This document shows, in pieces, positions 25,685 through 38,374 of a DNA stretch of 64,000 nt; within the stretch, counting starts at the first letter, position 1, and every line of letters starts with the position of its first letter. The stretch covers positions 1 to 64,000 of the forward strand of contig QPGO01000157.1 of assembly GCA_008632985.1 (NCBI GenBank), written 5' to 3'. Source of the DNA: Psammoneis japonica (taxonomy: Eukaryota). Below the pieces are notes generated by a model. It saw nothing but the letters and a program-made list of their open reading frames with translations, did no database searches and was not told where the DNA came from. The translations under genes were made by a program, and so were the position numbers.

Positions 25685-26160
25685 TTATTCTGTTCTGTGT
25701 CTTTTTTCCAACTTAGATGCAATTGTTGGATGACACTGCATGAAGCACGTGTACTTACCCGTGATCTGCTGCTTTCCGTCTTGACACGTCGCGGCGTCTT
25801 CGAAATAGGGAGGTCCTGTGTTGCTGGGGTGTGACTTGTAATAACAAAACCAGTTCCTGCAGTCTGAACAGTAGAAGTTGGTCTTTTTTTTTTGCAAAGA
25901 ACGCAACGTCCCACGGTCCCGGATCCAGACTCGCTACCAGTGTTTGGACACACTCGAGGAACCGGCATACCTTGGCAGTTCTTTGAAGCGCTTGGAAGCA
26001 AACTCTTGGTCAAGAGTCTTGGGATGGCTTGTGAGAGCACGAAGTATGCCACGCTTTAGTGACTTAAAGTCTCTCATGACCAAGTCTTCCGCATGTACAG
26101 AGCATGTGGATGTGTGTCGTAAGCTAAATTCTATGATAGAATACCGTACTCTACTATAGA
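25685..26160 (-). pseudogene. Cys-rich transposase C-terminus (piggyBac-like CRD) fragment
   Basis: GRCVLCKKK / TNFYCSDCRNWFC ... TCFMQCH across a frameshift in a poly-A run matches the CxxC...YCxxC...C...CFxxxH pattern. Confidence 0.5.
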
Positions 26161-26187
26161 ACACTCTACAATAGACTGAGATACAAT

Positions 26188-26465
26188 GCAACAATAGCAG
26201 CAGCAGTCACAACAGCAACAATAGCAGCAGTGGTCACAATAGCAACAACAGTAGTAGCAGTCGCAATAGCAACAACAGTGGCAGTAGTCGCAACAGCAAC
26301 AATGGCGGTGGTAGTCACAATGGCAACAATGGCAGTAGTAGTCGCGATAGCAACAATAGCAGTAGTAGTCACAATAGCAACAATAGTAGTAGTAGTCGCA
26401 ATAGCAACAATAGCAACAATAGCAGTGGCAGTCACAATGGCAACAATGGCAGTGGCAGCAGTAGA
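26188..26465. repeat. Degenerate minisatellite (~24-27 bp unit, approx. AATAGCAGTAGTAGTCRCAATAGCAAC)
   Basis: About 11 imperfect units visible directly. Confidence 0.9.
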
Positions 26466-26889
26466 GTGGAGTAATAACACACCAGAGCAGTGTCAGGTCT
26501 TGTGTTGACCTCAGACCGCCGTCGTCGGATCAACCTTTAAACAGTCGTATGATTCAAATGCTTTGATGCTGGATTGGCTGACGTACAAATTATACTGTAG
26601 ACAGTGTAGATTAGACATGCTTTCCTATCCGTTGGCAGCTATATATATATTTAAGGCTGATTACTAAATATATTTGTAAACTACCCACGTATGATAGAAT
26701 TACGATCTGTAGAAGACCATAAATTTTGAAAAATCATAGCAGCCGCAGTGCCCGCCAAAATTTCATCATCCATCGGTCCATCGGCATCCACATTATCGTC
26801 GTCGCAACTCGCAACCACATTTTCAATTTTGTTTAGGTCAGCATTGTTGTGGTTGTTGGCAGATCTGTAAGAAGTGAAGCCCACACTGA

Positions 26890-28973
26890 ATGCAAAATAC
26901 CATGTTATCAAAATCAAAGTCGATTGTCCGCAGACCGAGGAATGATGCAAGCTTGCCGCTGTTGCTGGCTTGTATTTCCCTAGTATTTCTATCTTGGTGT
27001 GCCCCAACCTTAGCTGTTCAAACCGATTGTATGAACCTCCGATTCAGCAATACTCTCGGTCGCTCAATGGTTCTTCAGCGCGAGCCTGAAGCTGCTGCTG
27101 TGTATGGGACATTTGAAAGTACACTCCTAGGTACAGCTTCACCCTACACAGTACGGGTCACCGTGACGGTTGCGAATTTCACTGGAGTCTTGTACAGCGT
27201 CGAGGCTACAAACACATTTCTAACCTCGTTTAAGGGTAGCCCTGTCCGTGCGTACAAGTTCAAGGCTCTGTTGCGTCCCATGCCTACTGGTGGATCGTAC
27301 AGAATTACGGCGCAGTGTAATACTTACAAGAGTGCAACGTTGGGTACCCCGGCTCATGGGAACTCACCCGTCGCAATTGGCGAAACTGCAAAACTTACTC
27401 GAGTTTCCTTTGGGGACGTGTGGTACTGCGGGGGGCAAAGTAATATGGCCCTTTGGATGCGTTATTCAGTGATGCGAAATGAAAGCATCGCTGCTGTCGA
27501 GGCTGGGAGATACAGAAACATTCGATATTACGGAGCCGGGAAACAATCCGGTACGACCCGAATCCCATGGTGGTCAGCCGCCGTCGCTATGAGACAAAAC
27601 TACTTTAACAAGTTTAGTTCCACATGCTGGTACTTTGCCCAGGCACTGACGGACGAGCTTGTGAGCATGAATGAAGAAGTACCTCCAATATAATTGGTTC
27701 ATACAGCGATCGGCGGATCGACCATCGAAGATTGGCTGGACGACGCAACGCTGGACTTATGTAGTGACGGGTGCGTGCACAACCAAGGCGGACTGTTTTA
27801 CCAGTTTGTGGAGCCGTATTTGGATATGACCATCAAGGGATGGGTGTGGTATCAGGGGGAGGCGAACATGGCGTCTTGGTCTTGCAAGCACGGAAATTAC
27901 CTTAGAAAAAGTGGGTATAGTTGCCACATTGCTGCGTTGGTGAAGTCGTGGAGAGCGTTATGGAGTGCGACACCAGGAACTACCAATCCCGAGGCACCGT
28001 TTGGCACTGTTGCGCTACCAGAAAGCGGCAGTCTTGGCGGAAGTGATATCGGCACAATGCGTTTAGCTCAAACCGCGGTGAGTATCACAACTCGATCAAG
28101 TTGAAATGCGCGTTCTTGATATTGGCGAGTCTGACGTGCGTTCATCTCCTACTTCACTTGACCCTGCAGGGTTACGGTGTGCTACCGAATCCAGCAATGC
28201 CAAACACATTCCTAGTACAATCATACGATCAAGATGATCCCTATTTTGGCTTGGCTAGATCATGTAACAGAGACCAGTGTATCAATCTCTATAGAAAGGG
28301 AACGTGCGGGGATGATTGTGACAAAAGGTGTCGTGGGTTTTGCTTGTATGCGTCAGCCACTCCAATCTTTATGGGTCTTCTTCACCCTCGAACCAAGAAA
28401 ATAATTGGGCGCAGGCTTGGGAGGGCTGCTGCTATTACGGTGTACGGTACCAATGGAAGGCCAACTACTGGACCTACCCTTTCAGGCTGTACAAAATCAC
28501 GTGCAGACAACACGTTGACGATCGCTTTCAATCGTACACTCCTTGTCAAAGAAACAGTCAGAGTCCAAGGTTATTCTCCTGGTCGCAGTAAGATGGAAGT
28601 GCTGGTCAATTCCTCCCTATTTTGCCTGCAAACCATAAAAGGCGTGTGCGTCGATGACGGGGACGGCAAAAGCTATGAAAAACCCGGGTTAAAGCATGAG
28701 GGCTGGGTCCCTGTTGATTTTTGGGAGCACCCAACGGAACGGGCTAAAGTCGTCGTGGATCTGTCCAGCACTGGTGGTGTTGCCTACGCCGTTCGATATG
28801 TTTGGCATGGTACGTGCTGCAACAACGATTTTTCGGGTCCTTGTCCACTGGGTTCCTGCCCCATTGTGACGAGCACTTCAAGACTACCGGCCAATCCATT
28901 TATAGCCAAGGTTGGTAACGATGGAAGGTGCCAGTGTATTCCTCCCCAAGTTTGTGACGAGACTCCAGTTTAA
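26890..28973 (+). pseudogene. Sialate O-acetylesterase (SASA/SGNH) family, secreted; in-frame TAA at 27691-27693; intron 28078-28169
   Basis: Hydrophobic leader, FSNTLGRSMVLQR, FGDVWYCGGQSNM, IKGWVWYQGEAN, LHPRTKKIIGRRL. PPI*LVHTAIGGS occurs where PIGL is expected. Confidence 0.85.
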
Positions 28974-29221
28974 AAACGAGGTTACAATAAGTACGGTCGT
29001 GGAATAGATAAAGAGTAAAATTCTTGCTACTAGCTGTATTTTCCTTCCCACATGTACGAGTAGACACGTCTCCGGTTGTGACATGAGACAGTAGGAGAAG
29101 AACATGAATAGGATAAACAGGGGGAAACAAAGCCAATAATTTGAAAGCGCTATGTGTGTATGCTTCTCTCTAGAGAGCTGATGCCTCTATCTACCGGTAC
29201 GTCACACTCGACTCGGTATCC

Positions 29222-32200
29222 TCACGTAGATGGCTGCTGAGGATCGATATCAACAACCTCGACATCGTCGTCATCTCCGTCGAAAAACGATATGGACTCT
29301 TCAACGACTTCGGTAGACTCAATCATTACGATATCATCTGTCGTATCTTGCTCTTGGACATGCTTTTTGGAGTTCGCTCTCATTTTTCGAAGCTGATTCA
29401 TGCCGAGATTAGCAAAACGGTTCGTGACAGCACCGTCGCCGGTTGTTTCGTCTGTGGTATTGGCATCTCCTTGCTTGGCGACGGCAGCACCTCCAGCACC
29501 ACCGAATCTTGCGAAAGGATTATTCCGCCTAGGTTGAGTCGAACTGCCACGCTTCGCAGCACCAAGAGCAGAGCCCAATCCTGCAAATCGGTTTTTCTTG
29601 CCACCTGCTGCCTGTGTATTTACACCAAAGCCGGCGAACCGATTCTTCATTCCCTTTGACGCCGAGGAAGAAGCCTCCACTTCCTCCTCCCCAGATTCCT
29701 CGGATTTCGGTTGTTCCTCAGACGTTGAAGCTCTTGGTGAGGATGCAACTTGCTTAAGCTTTGCAAACGAATTCGCAATAGAAACTGAGGGCTCTGTAGT
29801 TGACGGCGTGGCATCGATTGTAGCAACCTTATCCTTTTCATCGTTCTTTCTGGCGAAGGGGTTGCGGAAGCGATTTACCTCGCTTCCCCCCTCTCCCTCG
29901 TCCTTCGCATCGCGATCCTTCTTGATACTATCAGCGAGACCAGCTAACGAGAAGCGTGAAGATTCTTCGTTCGGCTTGACTGTTTCTGAAGTCTGGCTTT
30001 CCTCTCTTCCTGCTCCCTTTTTCTCCGGCGATGCTACCGTCGGCTCGGGTTTGGCTGCCTTTTTGCTAAAGAGCTTCGAAACGGATTGGCGGACCTCAGA
30101 TTGACGACGGTCGGCTTTAGAGTTACTTTCTCCACTCTTGTTTGGTTGCTTCTTGTCAAAAATGTTAGACATGGATTTGCGAATCCTCTCTTGTTCGATT
30201 TTGAATGACATTTGCTCTAAACGCTGCTGGCTTCTAGTGAGAGATGCCAAGGACCCATCAAAGAGGTTTTGCATTGCATGCTGAGTCTTTTCTCTCGTAG
30301 ATGCGCTCGCCATTGCTTCGTGTTCTCGATACGCATCCTCAAGTTGTGCAAACAGAGAAATACCAGCGTTGTAGTCGACAAGGGCAGTATTAGGATCAAG
30401 ACCCTGTTTCGGTCCCTCGCGAGAGAGCCAAGCATGAGCCGCTGCAAACCCCCCGTCCAAAATTGAAACGAAAGGAAAGCCCTTCTTCACCAAAAACAAG
30501 GCGCAAAGACTCGTCCTTGAATCATCTTCTTTAATCAATTCCTGGAGTTTGGAACTCATCTTCTGGCCATACAGCTCCGGAACTGCCTAAAATCCTTCGC
30601 CCTAGTTGATTTCAAACAACCACACACATGACAAACAGCTTAGCCGAAACATACAAAACATGATAAGTCAGCTCAGAATACAGCGTGCTTACCATCACAC
30701 AGATATGTACAGCTCCGCGGAGCGATTCAAACGTCTCTTCGAGCTGTTGAATACGATCCGGATCCAGCAATGTTTCGGGAGATAGATTGGCTGCTGTCGG
30801 AAAGCGTCCTTGTTCAAGACATGTATCGGCCGGACGACTATCCACCAAAAAGAACTTTATGGGTATCCTTTCCCCATCATCTTGGTCATTTCCCTTGAGA
30901 CGCTGCTGTCGTTTCGTGAGTATTTGCCTTCCTCTCGATGTAGATCCACTTTGCTTGCTCCAACACAGGACGGGCAACACTTCTGCGGGGGAGACTGCGA
31001 CAGTCACTTCATGATGTTGGTCTTCAAACCCTGTTAACTGTCTGTCGCTATTTCGTTTTGCCAAGGCATCGGCCATGCGTCGTTTAGTCTCATTAATGCT
31101 TTGGTTCATGGTACTCAACAATTTATTCTTCTCTGGTTGCTTTGGTCGCAAAGCTGGGTTGAAACCCTCCCCATACTTCTTCTTCAGCTTTGCATCCAGA
31201 ACCTCCAACCGACCATCAAAAGTCTTCAATATTTTGTCAACCGTGTCTTCTTTTTCCGGGTTGTATTTACGGTAGTATGCAACCAACCTTGCTCGTGTCA
31301 GTTTGGCGCGCGCCTCGTCCATTTTTCGCTCCTTCTCAGCTTGCACAGCTTGAACGTGTTCCTTCGCCTCCAATTCCAAGCGCTCCTGTAACGCAACTTC
31401 CTTGGCCTGCTGTCGCTGCACAAGTGCTGTTGAGACGGCTTCGTCCTCTGCCGCACGGAGGTGTAACGTGACTGACTTTGGAGTCGACTCCCACAAGTTT
31501 CGAGCACAGTCACACCATTCCTGCACCCAATCGACAGCCTCTTGACTCGAGGATTCCTCTTCTGGCTCGATCGCAAACCCTTCCAATGTCGTTTCTTCTT
31601 TGAATTCCAGTATTCGTTTCAATTCCTTTCTAAGTGTTTCGCCGGTAACCATTAGAAGAGTATCCGAGTTCTTTTCCAACAGCGCCAGCGAGAAAAAGAA
31701 TCGAAGGGAGTTGTTGTTGCTAATGAGAATCAAATCCCACAAAGCCACCAGCCATTTGGGGTTCATCAGTGTCCCATCGCATTCACCAGCCAAGTGAGAG
31801 ATGAACCACGACTGTGGAATGAGTCCTTGAGATTCCAAATTGCGATTGCGAAGAGTCGCGTTGTCTTCTTTACCGTGGCTGGTATTCACCTTTGGCCAAT
31901 ACCATCCCGGTAGATATCGATCTAAATGATGAACCAAAAGTGGCAAGTGATAGGATGCCAGCAAATAGAACTGTGTGTGCAGGGGCCTTGAGGCTTCCAG
32001 TCGTTCTGTATTGGCCAACGCCAAAAGAGGCATAAAGGTCGGGACAATGTTTGAGAGCATGACACTTGCCACAGCCGTTGGTATTCCTGCAGTCAGTAAC
32101 GCACAGGCTACGGGTGGCAACAAGGGGTCCAAATCCACCTCCTTGTCTGTACTGGTGTTGCTGGATTGATAGTGAAACAGCAACAAACGCGTCAACTCCT

Positions 32201-33203
32201 TGGTGGCTTGTTCCAACGTCACGTTCGTGACGGTGGGTGGTAAACCATCCCCGTCTTCATCGTCTTCTTGTTGTTGACACTGCTTGTTGTTGTGATCTAC
32301 AACAGCCACAATCCTATCCGCCAATATCGAAGATTCCTTAAGAATCCACTTCTTGATACGTTCCTTCACGTGGGTAGTGCCGTGCTCGGAGTATTCCTTC
32401 TCCCACTCGATATACGAGTCAGCGTTGCTACTTTCACGGACTTGCTCGAGGGGTTTACCGCAAACGGAGCGACACCATAAGTAAGGACGAATTCTTGGGT
32501 GCAAGTGGAATTTTGACTTTATGAATAAGCGTCGAATTTGGTCCATGGTGGAATGCGGCGAAGCAATGGCCTCTTCCAACGTTACAAACGGACTGCCCAA
32601 TTCTGGTGGGTCTGGTTTCGCGTCATCCTCTGTAGGATCCTTTGATTGTTCTTCACTCGTCTCTTTGTTGTCAACGTTGGATTCTGTCGGGTCAGCCGGC
32701 GATGATTTTTCTTCGTCAGTCTCTTTCTGTTTCTCTCCGTCAGCGTCCGTCTTCTCGGCTGTTGTCGATGGCTTATCTAACCAATCTAGAATTTCCTGCG
32801 TATCTGAACTTTGAATAGGAGCATCTTGAGCTTCCTCGACGAGTCCTTCCGTTTCTTCGGCCGATGACGACAGCACTACCAAGTCGGTTTCGTCTTGATC
32901 CAACAGACCGAGAACAGAATCACTTGTATCAGTTCTTGAACGTCCAATAGGCTGCGGCCCGAACAGATCTTCCTCGTCTTCCTCTGGCAAGCCTTTCATA
33001 CCATCAGGAGTATCGTTACTTATCGCATCCGTGGAAGCAGCGGCACTGCTTGCAGACGTTGCCACGTTTGTCGACAATGACGACTCTTTTTCTGCCGTCG
33101 ACTTGTTGGACTCGGAATCTGCGTTGGGCTGTGCTTCTGTGGCAGGACTCGCAGCACTGAACGAGAACAAGTCCGCAATTTCATCGTCGTCGGAATCACT
33201 CAT
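29222..33203 (-). CDS. TBC (Rab-GAP) domain + rhodanese-like protein (TBC1D23-like); intron from 30692 to an acceptor at 30602 or 30587
   Basis: IRPYLWCRSVCGK, FYLLASYHLPLLVHHLD, VALWDLIL (TBC); FFLVDSRP...GRFPTA...HICVM and KGFPFVSILDGGFAA (rhodanese). GTAAGC donor. An in-frame TAG lies just after the first acceptor (see findings). Confidence 0.8.
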
Positions 33204-33449
33204 GGTAAATCACGCTGTTACTGTACAATGTCTCTCTTGAGAGATACCGGTACAATGCAAGTCGCCCTTGCCCACCTTGCCCCTTGACTACGGAACGGTA
33301 CGAGCCTTGACGTCGACAACGACAACACCAACAACAACACAGGGTGTGTGGCAGGGACATGTTTATGGGGGGAGGGACAGACGCTGACGAGGGGTGGCAC
33401 TTACCGGTGCCGAGTAAGTCACATTTAACATGGGCAGGGAAAGGGATGG

Positions 33450-34200
33450 AATTGGGGTTGGGAGTAGCGAGCTGGGACAGCAGTTTGGCGGAGTGGCGGG
33501 TGAGTTGGTCAGCAAGAGATTTGGTCATCGCAAAGCCAAGGCTTCAAAGGCCCCATTGTGATGGAGTCGAAGTGTGGTGGGGGTCAAGCCAAAATGTGCG
33601 GGGGTGTGTGTTTTTCCAAGTGGCAGCGGCAGTGGGGAGGATGGCAGATGGGGACAGTTGTGTGAAGGCCCAGGCAGCATGGGCAGTGGGGTGTTGGAAG
33701 GAGGATTTGGTGGTCCAAGGGGGGAGCAGGTGGGGCAGAGATGGGGTGTTGTTGGTCGGCTCCAAAGGGCCTCAGAGAGGAGGCGGTGTTCAAAGCAGCC
33801 AGTTGCTTCAAAGTGATCAATGGAGAAGGGGACAAGGTGGATGCCAGCATCATTGAGGGCATGTGCAAGGGTTGCTTTGTGTTGAGTTTTGTGTGTTCTG
33901 TCTGACTTCTGTTTGGTGCTCGTGCACATGGTGTGCCTTGGCGCACAAGGTTTGAGGATGGGGCAGGCAAGCCAGGAGCAGGCAGTGGAGGAGGTTTGGG
34001 AATGGCAACGTTGATTGCAAGGCAGTGGTGGCCACAGGGGGAGGCAGTGGAAGCAGCTGGATTGAGCTGGATGCCTGCATCAGCGGGGTGTTTGAGGGGT
34101 GAGTGGGGTTCGAGGTTGGTGGGTTCATGATGGACGGTGGAAGAGTCGGTGCAAATGCCGGAGAGGGGGGCGAGGGTCTGAAATGTGGGCTGTGGTCCAC
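33450..34200 (-). mobile_element. 3' end of a non-LTR retrotransposon with restriction-like endonuclease (CRE/R2-type), decayed
   Basis: KHPADAGIQL...LAINVAIP (cf. RPAD...LAIDVTI), followed by LVPFSIDHF (cf. PFxxDxFG). Confidence 0.45.
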
Positions 34201-34439
34201 CAGGAGGTTCTGACAAGATGTCAGAAGGAATGGACATTGAAGTTGACAGCACCATTGCCGTTGACACAAATGCACCAATTGAACACAAGCCTTCACATGA
34301 CACACATTTGTTGCATGAAAACCAAATCACAAATGAGAAAAATGAAGATGAACAAGTGGAGTTGAGCTGCAGTGGAGTGCCAGTGCCCAAGGCAAAAAGC
34401 ATGAATGCTGACATGCATGGCACCCACATCAGTCTTGGC

Positions 34440-35760
34440 TGGTGTGCAAACAAATGAGTGGAGCTCACTCATCTCGTTTGTTGAGAGTGTTGTTTGATTC
34501 AGGCAGTGCAGCTGCTCTCATTCATGAATGATGTTTGGCACACGGAGCCACTCCAAGTCTGTGCAAGAAGACAGTTGCATGCAATGTGGCTGCAGGACCA
34601 ATGAACAGCAATGGAGTGATTGGTTTGGAGACAATTGCATCACCTGAATTTGACAGGTCAAGGAGCATTCACTGTCAACAAGCGCTGGCATTTCAAATGC
34701 TGTGTCAATGCAACATGATTCTTGGATTGGATTTTTTGACCAAAGCAGGGACAGATGTAAATTTTTCATCAAGAACAGCAAAATGGTTGGACAAGTCCAT
34801 GCCTGTGAAAGAACTCACCTTTTGGGACAATGCAGAGAATGCTTGTTTTGCTCTTGCAGGTCCAGAAGCAGACAAGGAGGACATTGACAAATTTGAGTTT
34901 CATTCATGCGCTGCTCAAATTTTGGATGCCAAGTGTGAGTCAGCATCTCCAGAAGAAGTGGCCAAGAAGCAAAAGCATCAATCAAGAGAGCAGCAATTGG
35001 AGTTGCAACAAGTGCTGGCCAAATTTTCCAAGCTGTTTGACAGAGAATGGGGTCAGCATCCACACATGTTGGTTCACTTGGAAATTGATGCCAAAGCAAT
35101 TCCTGTCCATGCTCAAGCATGTGCTGTTCCAAGAATTCACCAAGACATTTTCAAAAAAGAACTTCAGCATCTTGTCTGAATGGGGGTGTTGAGGCCTTGT
35201 GGTCCCACTCAGTGGGCATTTCCTGCATTTGTCACACCTAAAAAGGATCAACAAGTGTGGTGGGCATCCAATTTTTGCATGCTCAACAAGGTGCTAAAGA
35301 GGTTGATCTGTCCTTTGCCAAGAATTCAAGACATTTTTAAGAAGAGAAAGGGACACAAGCATTTCACCAAGTTGGACTTGTCCATGTTCCACTGCAATTT
35401 GGAGCTGGATGAAGAATCCAAGGAACTGTGCACTGTTGTTGCTCCTTGTGGCAAGCTCCAATGTTGTCAACTTGAGATGGGATTAAAGCCAGCTCCAGGC
35501 ACCATTGCTCAAGTGGTGATTGAGGAAGTGCTGACTGACATGGATGCAGACTGCTTCATTGATGATGTTGGTCTCTTCTCAATCCTTTGGTTGGATCATC
35601 TGGCAGTGTTGAGTGCGATGCTGAAACAGCCAGAAGAGAATGGTTTGAAAGTAAATCCACTCAAGTGTGAATGGGCCATTCAAAAAACCGATTTTCTCAG
35701 GTGTTGGATGACTCCAGAAAGTGTCAAACCTTGGAAAAGAAGGTTTTGGCATGGCATCTT
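34440..35760 (+). mobile_element. Ty3/Gypsy pol remnant: aspartic protease and reverse transcriptase
   Basis: LRVLFDSGS (34481), CNMILGLDFL, WAFPAFVTPKKD, PLPRIQDI, FTKLDLSMFHC, DCFIDDVGLFS (YxDD region), NGLKVNPLKCEW. Confidence 0.92.
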
Positions 35761-36639
35761 TGTCACAGCACATCCATTTTACAACCTTGAGCTGCCCTCA
35801 AGATCTGAATCTGCATTTTGAGCTCCTGCCTGTTGGCAGCACGTCTTTGGTGGGGGTGGGGGGCAGACACAGGAGGCTCAGACCAAGTGAAGAGACAGGT
35901 GGGAGTGCAAACAATTGCTGCCAGCAGTCTTGGGCTCTGTTGGTTGCACCCAGTGCCATGTCTTGAAAAGTCATGACCTCCTGTCATTCTGCTGGAGACA
36001 TGTCCTGTGCGGTGCATTGTAAAGTTTCCCCCCTCCAGCTCAAAAGACTGTGTGTGCTCTTGTTGAGATCACGTAAAAACCACGCCAGGAGGGCTCTGCA
36101 TGGGATTTCACCATCTGACCCCCTGTGCTCATGCACAGCTCTGAACTGCAGTCAGTCTGATGGCACACTCTCTCTGCCCGGTCAAGCAAATTTTGTTTGA
36201 AGGATCACAAAAAAGCACCCAAATGAACCCAGCCCCCAGCGAGCATCCTGAAATGCACAACTCACACTCAACCTTGCCAGAGACTGTGTCAATGCAATGA
36301 CACCAAGTTGGGATTCTCACAGGATGGTGACATTGTGATGCTGACTTCCACCTCTGTCATTTCAAATGTTGCTGACACTGTGTCAGTCTCACTTTGCTCT
36401 CCCCACTGTGCCGCCACATGCCACAAACAATGGCCAAGGTTGCAAAGCATGAACAGGCCGCAAATGTGCAAACAGAGCTTTGCAGCAAATCCTGACATGG
36501 TTTCCTGGCCCTTTGATGAAATGCCAGTGTTCTTGTTCACATTGAGGTCCATCTTAATGGACACAGTGAGAGTCAGAATTGCGGGTGCACCAGCCCCAGA
36601 TTGCGGGTCTGTTTTGTGACTGCTGCCACCTTCAAGGCT

Positions 36640-36830
36640 GCCCCGTTGTCAAGATGGCCAAGCCCAGCACTTGAGAGGTGACATCATGCACATGTGGTCT
36701 TTGTGCATGAGCCAAGATCCACTTTTTGTGAAGCTGTTTCTTGATGGAAACCACTCTTGAATCCACCCCACTTGCAACCACAAGCAACTTGCTCATCTTG
36801 AGAATCGCTCTGACTGATTGCAGCTTGAAA
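36640..36830 (-). pseudogene. Captured, hypermutated fragment resembling UTP4/cirhin WD40 protein
   Basis: VVASGVDSRVVSI...WILAHAQRPHVHDV resembles the UTP4 SGVD...W...RxHTHDV motif. Confidence 0.5.
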
Positions 36831-36987
36831 TGAGTGTTCCTGTTGGCATGGATCTTCCCAAGCACTCCACCATCGTGCAAAATGCAGGCAACCATTTCAT
36901 GTTGTTGTCACCTGAAAGAAGACTCACAACACCGAATGGCTCCAACGGCAATGCTGCCGCCTCTCTAGCTAGACGGCGATGCTGTGG

Positions 36988-37464
36988 GTCTTACTTGCGC
37001 CGCAGGTGCAGGGGGCGGGCGCGAGGGACCGACAGGACAGGAGTGCGTTTCGCCTGCAATTTTTTTCGCGGCATCACATCGCGGTCTGCAGAGGTGTGAC
37101 AGTGAGTGAGTGCTCTCAGCTCTTAGTTGCACCCCACTCTAGAGAGTGTCGTCAATGGCTTTCATTTCGTAACAACTTCAAAAGGCTAGAGCACAGATTG
37201 GCCAAATCATTCGTCCGCTGTTCTCTTTTTTTCCCTGTCGGGCCGTCAACAACATGAGTCAAGAGCGTGCTCCGAATGCTGCGCAGAACGAGGATGATGA
37301 ACATCTCTTTCAAGCGGTGGAATGTCTCAGTGAAGAATCGATGGATTCTGTGTCGCCCTTGCTATGCCCATCAGGTGCATCTCGACCGTTGAAACATCTC
37401 CACAAGTCAACCATCATCTCAGCAGCATCCGTTACGTCGCATAAGGTCCAGATCCCTTGGTAAC
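36988..37464 (+). repeat. Direct duplicate (copy A, partly mutated) of 38119-38585
   Basis: Near-identical over ~470 bp, with 11 substitutions and 3 small indels. Confidence 0.97.
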
Positions 37465-38117
37465 TGGCTAGCAGGGGGGTCAGACGGTCGGTGATGACGT
37501 TTCGTCACTTAAAGGGGTCATTTCATTACTTAAAGGGTTCGTTGAGTGCCGAGGCGAGTGACCGGGTGCCGAGGCGAGTGACCCAAATATGACGTCAGTA
37601 ACAGGCTAGTGACCGAGTGCCGAGGCGAGTGACCCAAATATGACGTCAGTAACAAGGCGAGTGACCGGGTGCCGAGGCGAGTGACAAATTTACATAACGT
37701 AGCTGATAAATTCACATAACGCAGCAATTTATTACAGACTATGACCGTAGACTAGTATAATGTATATACATATAAATATTAAGTTTATGCAATTTGAATT
37801 TATACATTATTATGTCTATTAAGTTTATTATTATGAAGTTGGAATGCCAACGGTAAAAGCCACACGAATGCAGTGCGAGTCATCACGCTGATGCTCCGAC
37901 GAACCGGATTGAGCCACGATGACACCCAAAGCGCCGCAAAACAGCAACAGTGAGCCAAAAAGACGCAACAGGAAAGCACAATAGTGGGGTATCGTTGCAC
38001 CACTATGAGTAGTTGAAGCGAGCAAAAAAGAGGCGCGCCGCGACGAACAAAAGCAACAGCAACACGCACCATGCACGAAACTCATCGAAACGGCGTCAAA
38101 ACAGCACAACGCAACGC
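37465..38117. mobile_element. Probable DNA-transposon terminus with subterminal repeats
   Basis: Starts where homology with copy B breaks. CAGGGGGG (hAT-like) start, GTGCCGAGGCGAGTGAC x4, CCCAAATATGACGTCAGTAACA x2. Ends at a single-N join. Confidence 0.5.
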
Positions 38118-38374
38118 NGTCTTACTTGCGCCGCAGGCGCAGGGGCGGGCGCGAGGGACCGACAGGAGTGCGTTTCGCCTGCAATTTTTTTCGCGGCATC
38201 ATATCGCGGTCTGCAGAGGTATGACAGTGAGTACTCTTAGCTCTTAGTCGCACCCTACTCTAGAGAGTGTCGTCAATGGCTTTCATTTCGTAACAACTTC
38301 AAAAGGCTAGAGTACAGATTGGCCAAATCATTCGTCCGCTATTCTCTTTTTTTCCCTGTCGGGCCGTCAACAAC

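Larger units (their letters stand above)
33340..36960. other. CpG/TpA-depleted hypermutated domain 3
   Basis: TA and CG almost absent from ~33560 to 36900, with graded edges. Confidence 0.93.

Noticed and set aside
26166..26508. Ala/Thr/Val/Ile-rich 'antifreeze-like' ORFs on both strands
   Set aside because: Translations of the minisatellite, with no independent coding evidence.
27691..27693. Stop-codon reassignment as an explanation for the in-frame TAA/TAG/TGA codons
   Set aside because: All three stop types and frameshifts occur in broken genes, and TAA, TAG and TGA also end genes normally, so ordinary pseudogenisation or error is simpler.
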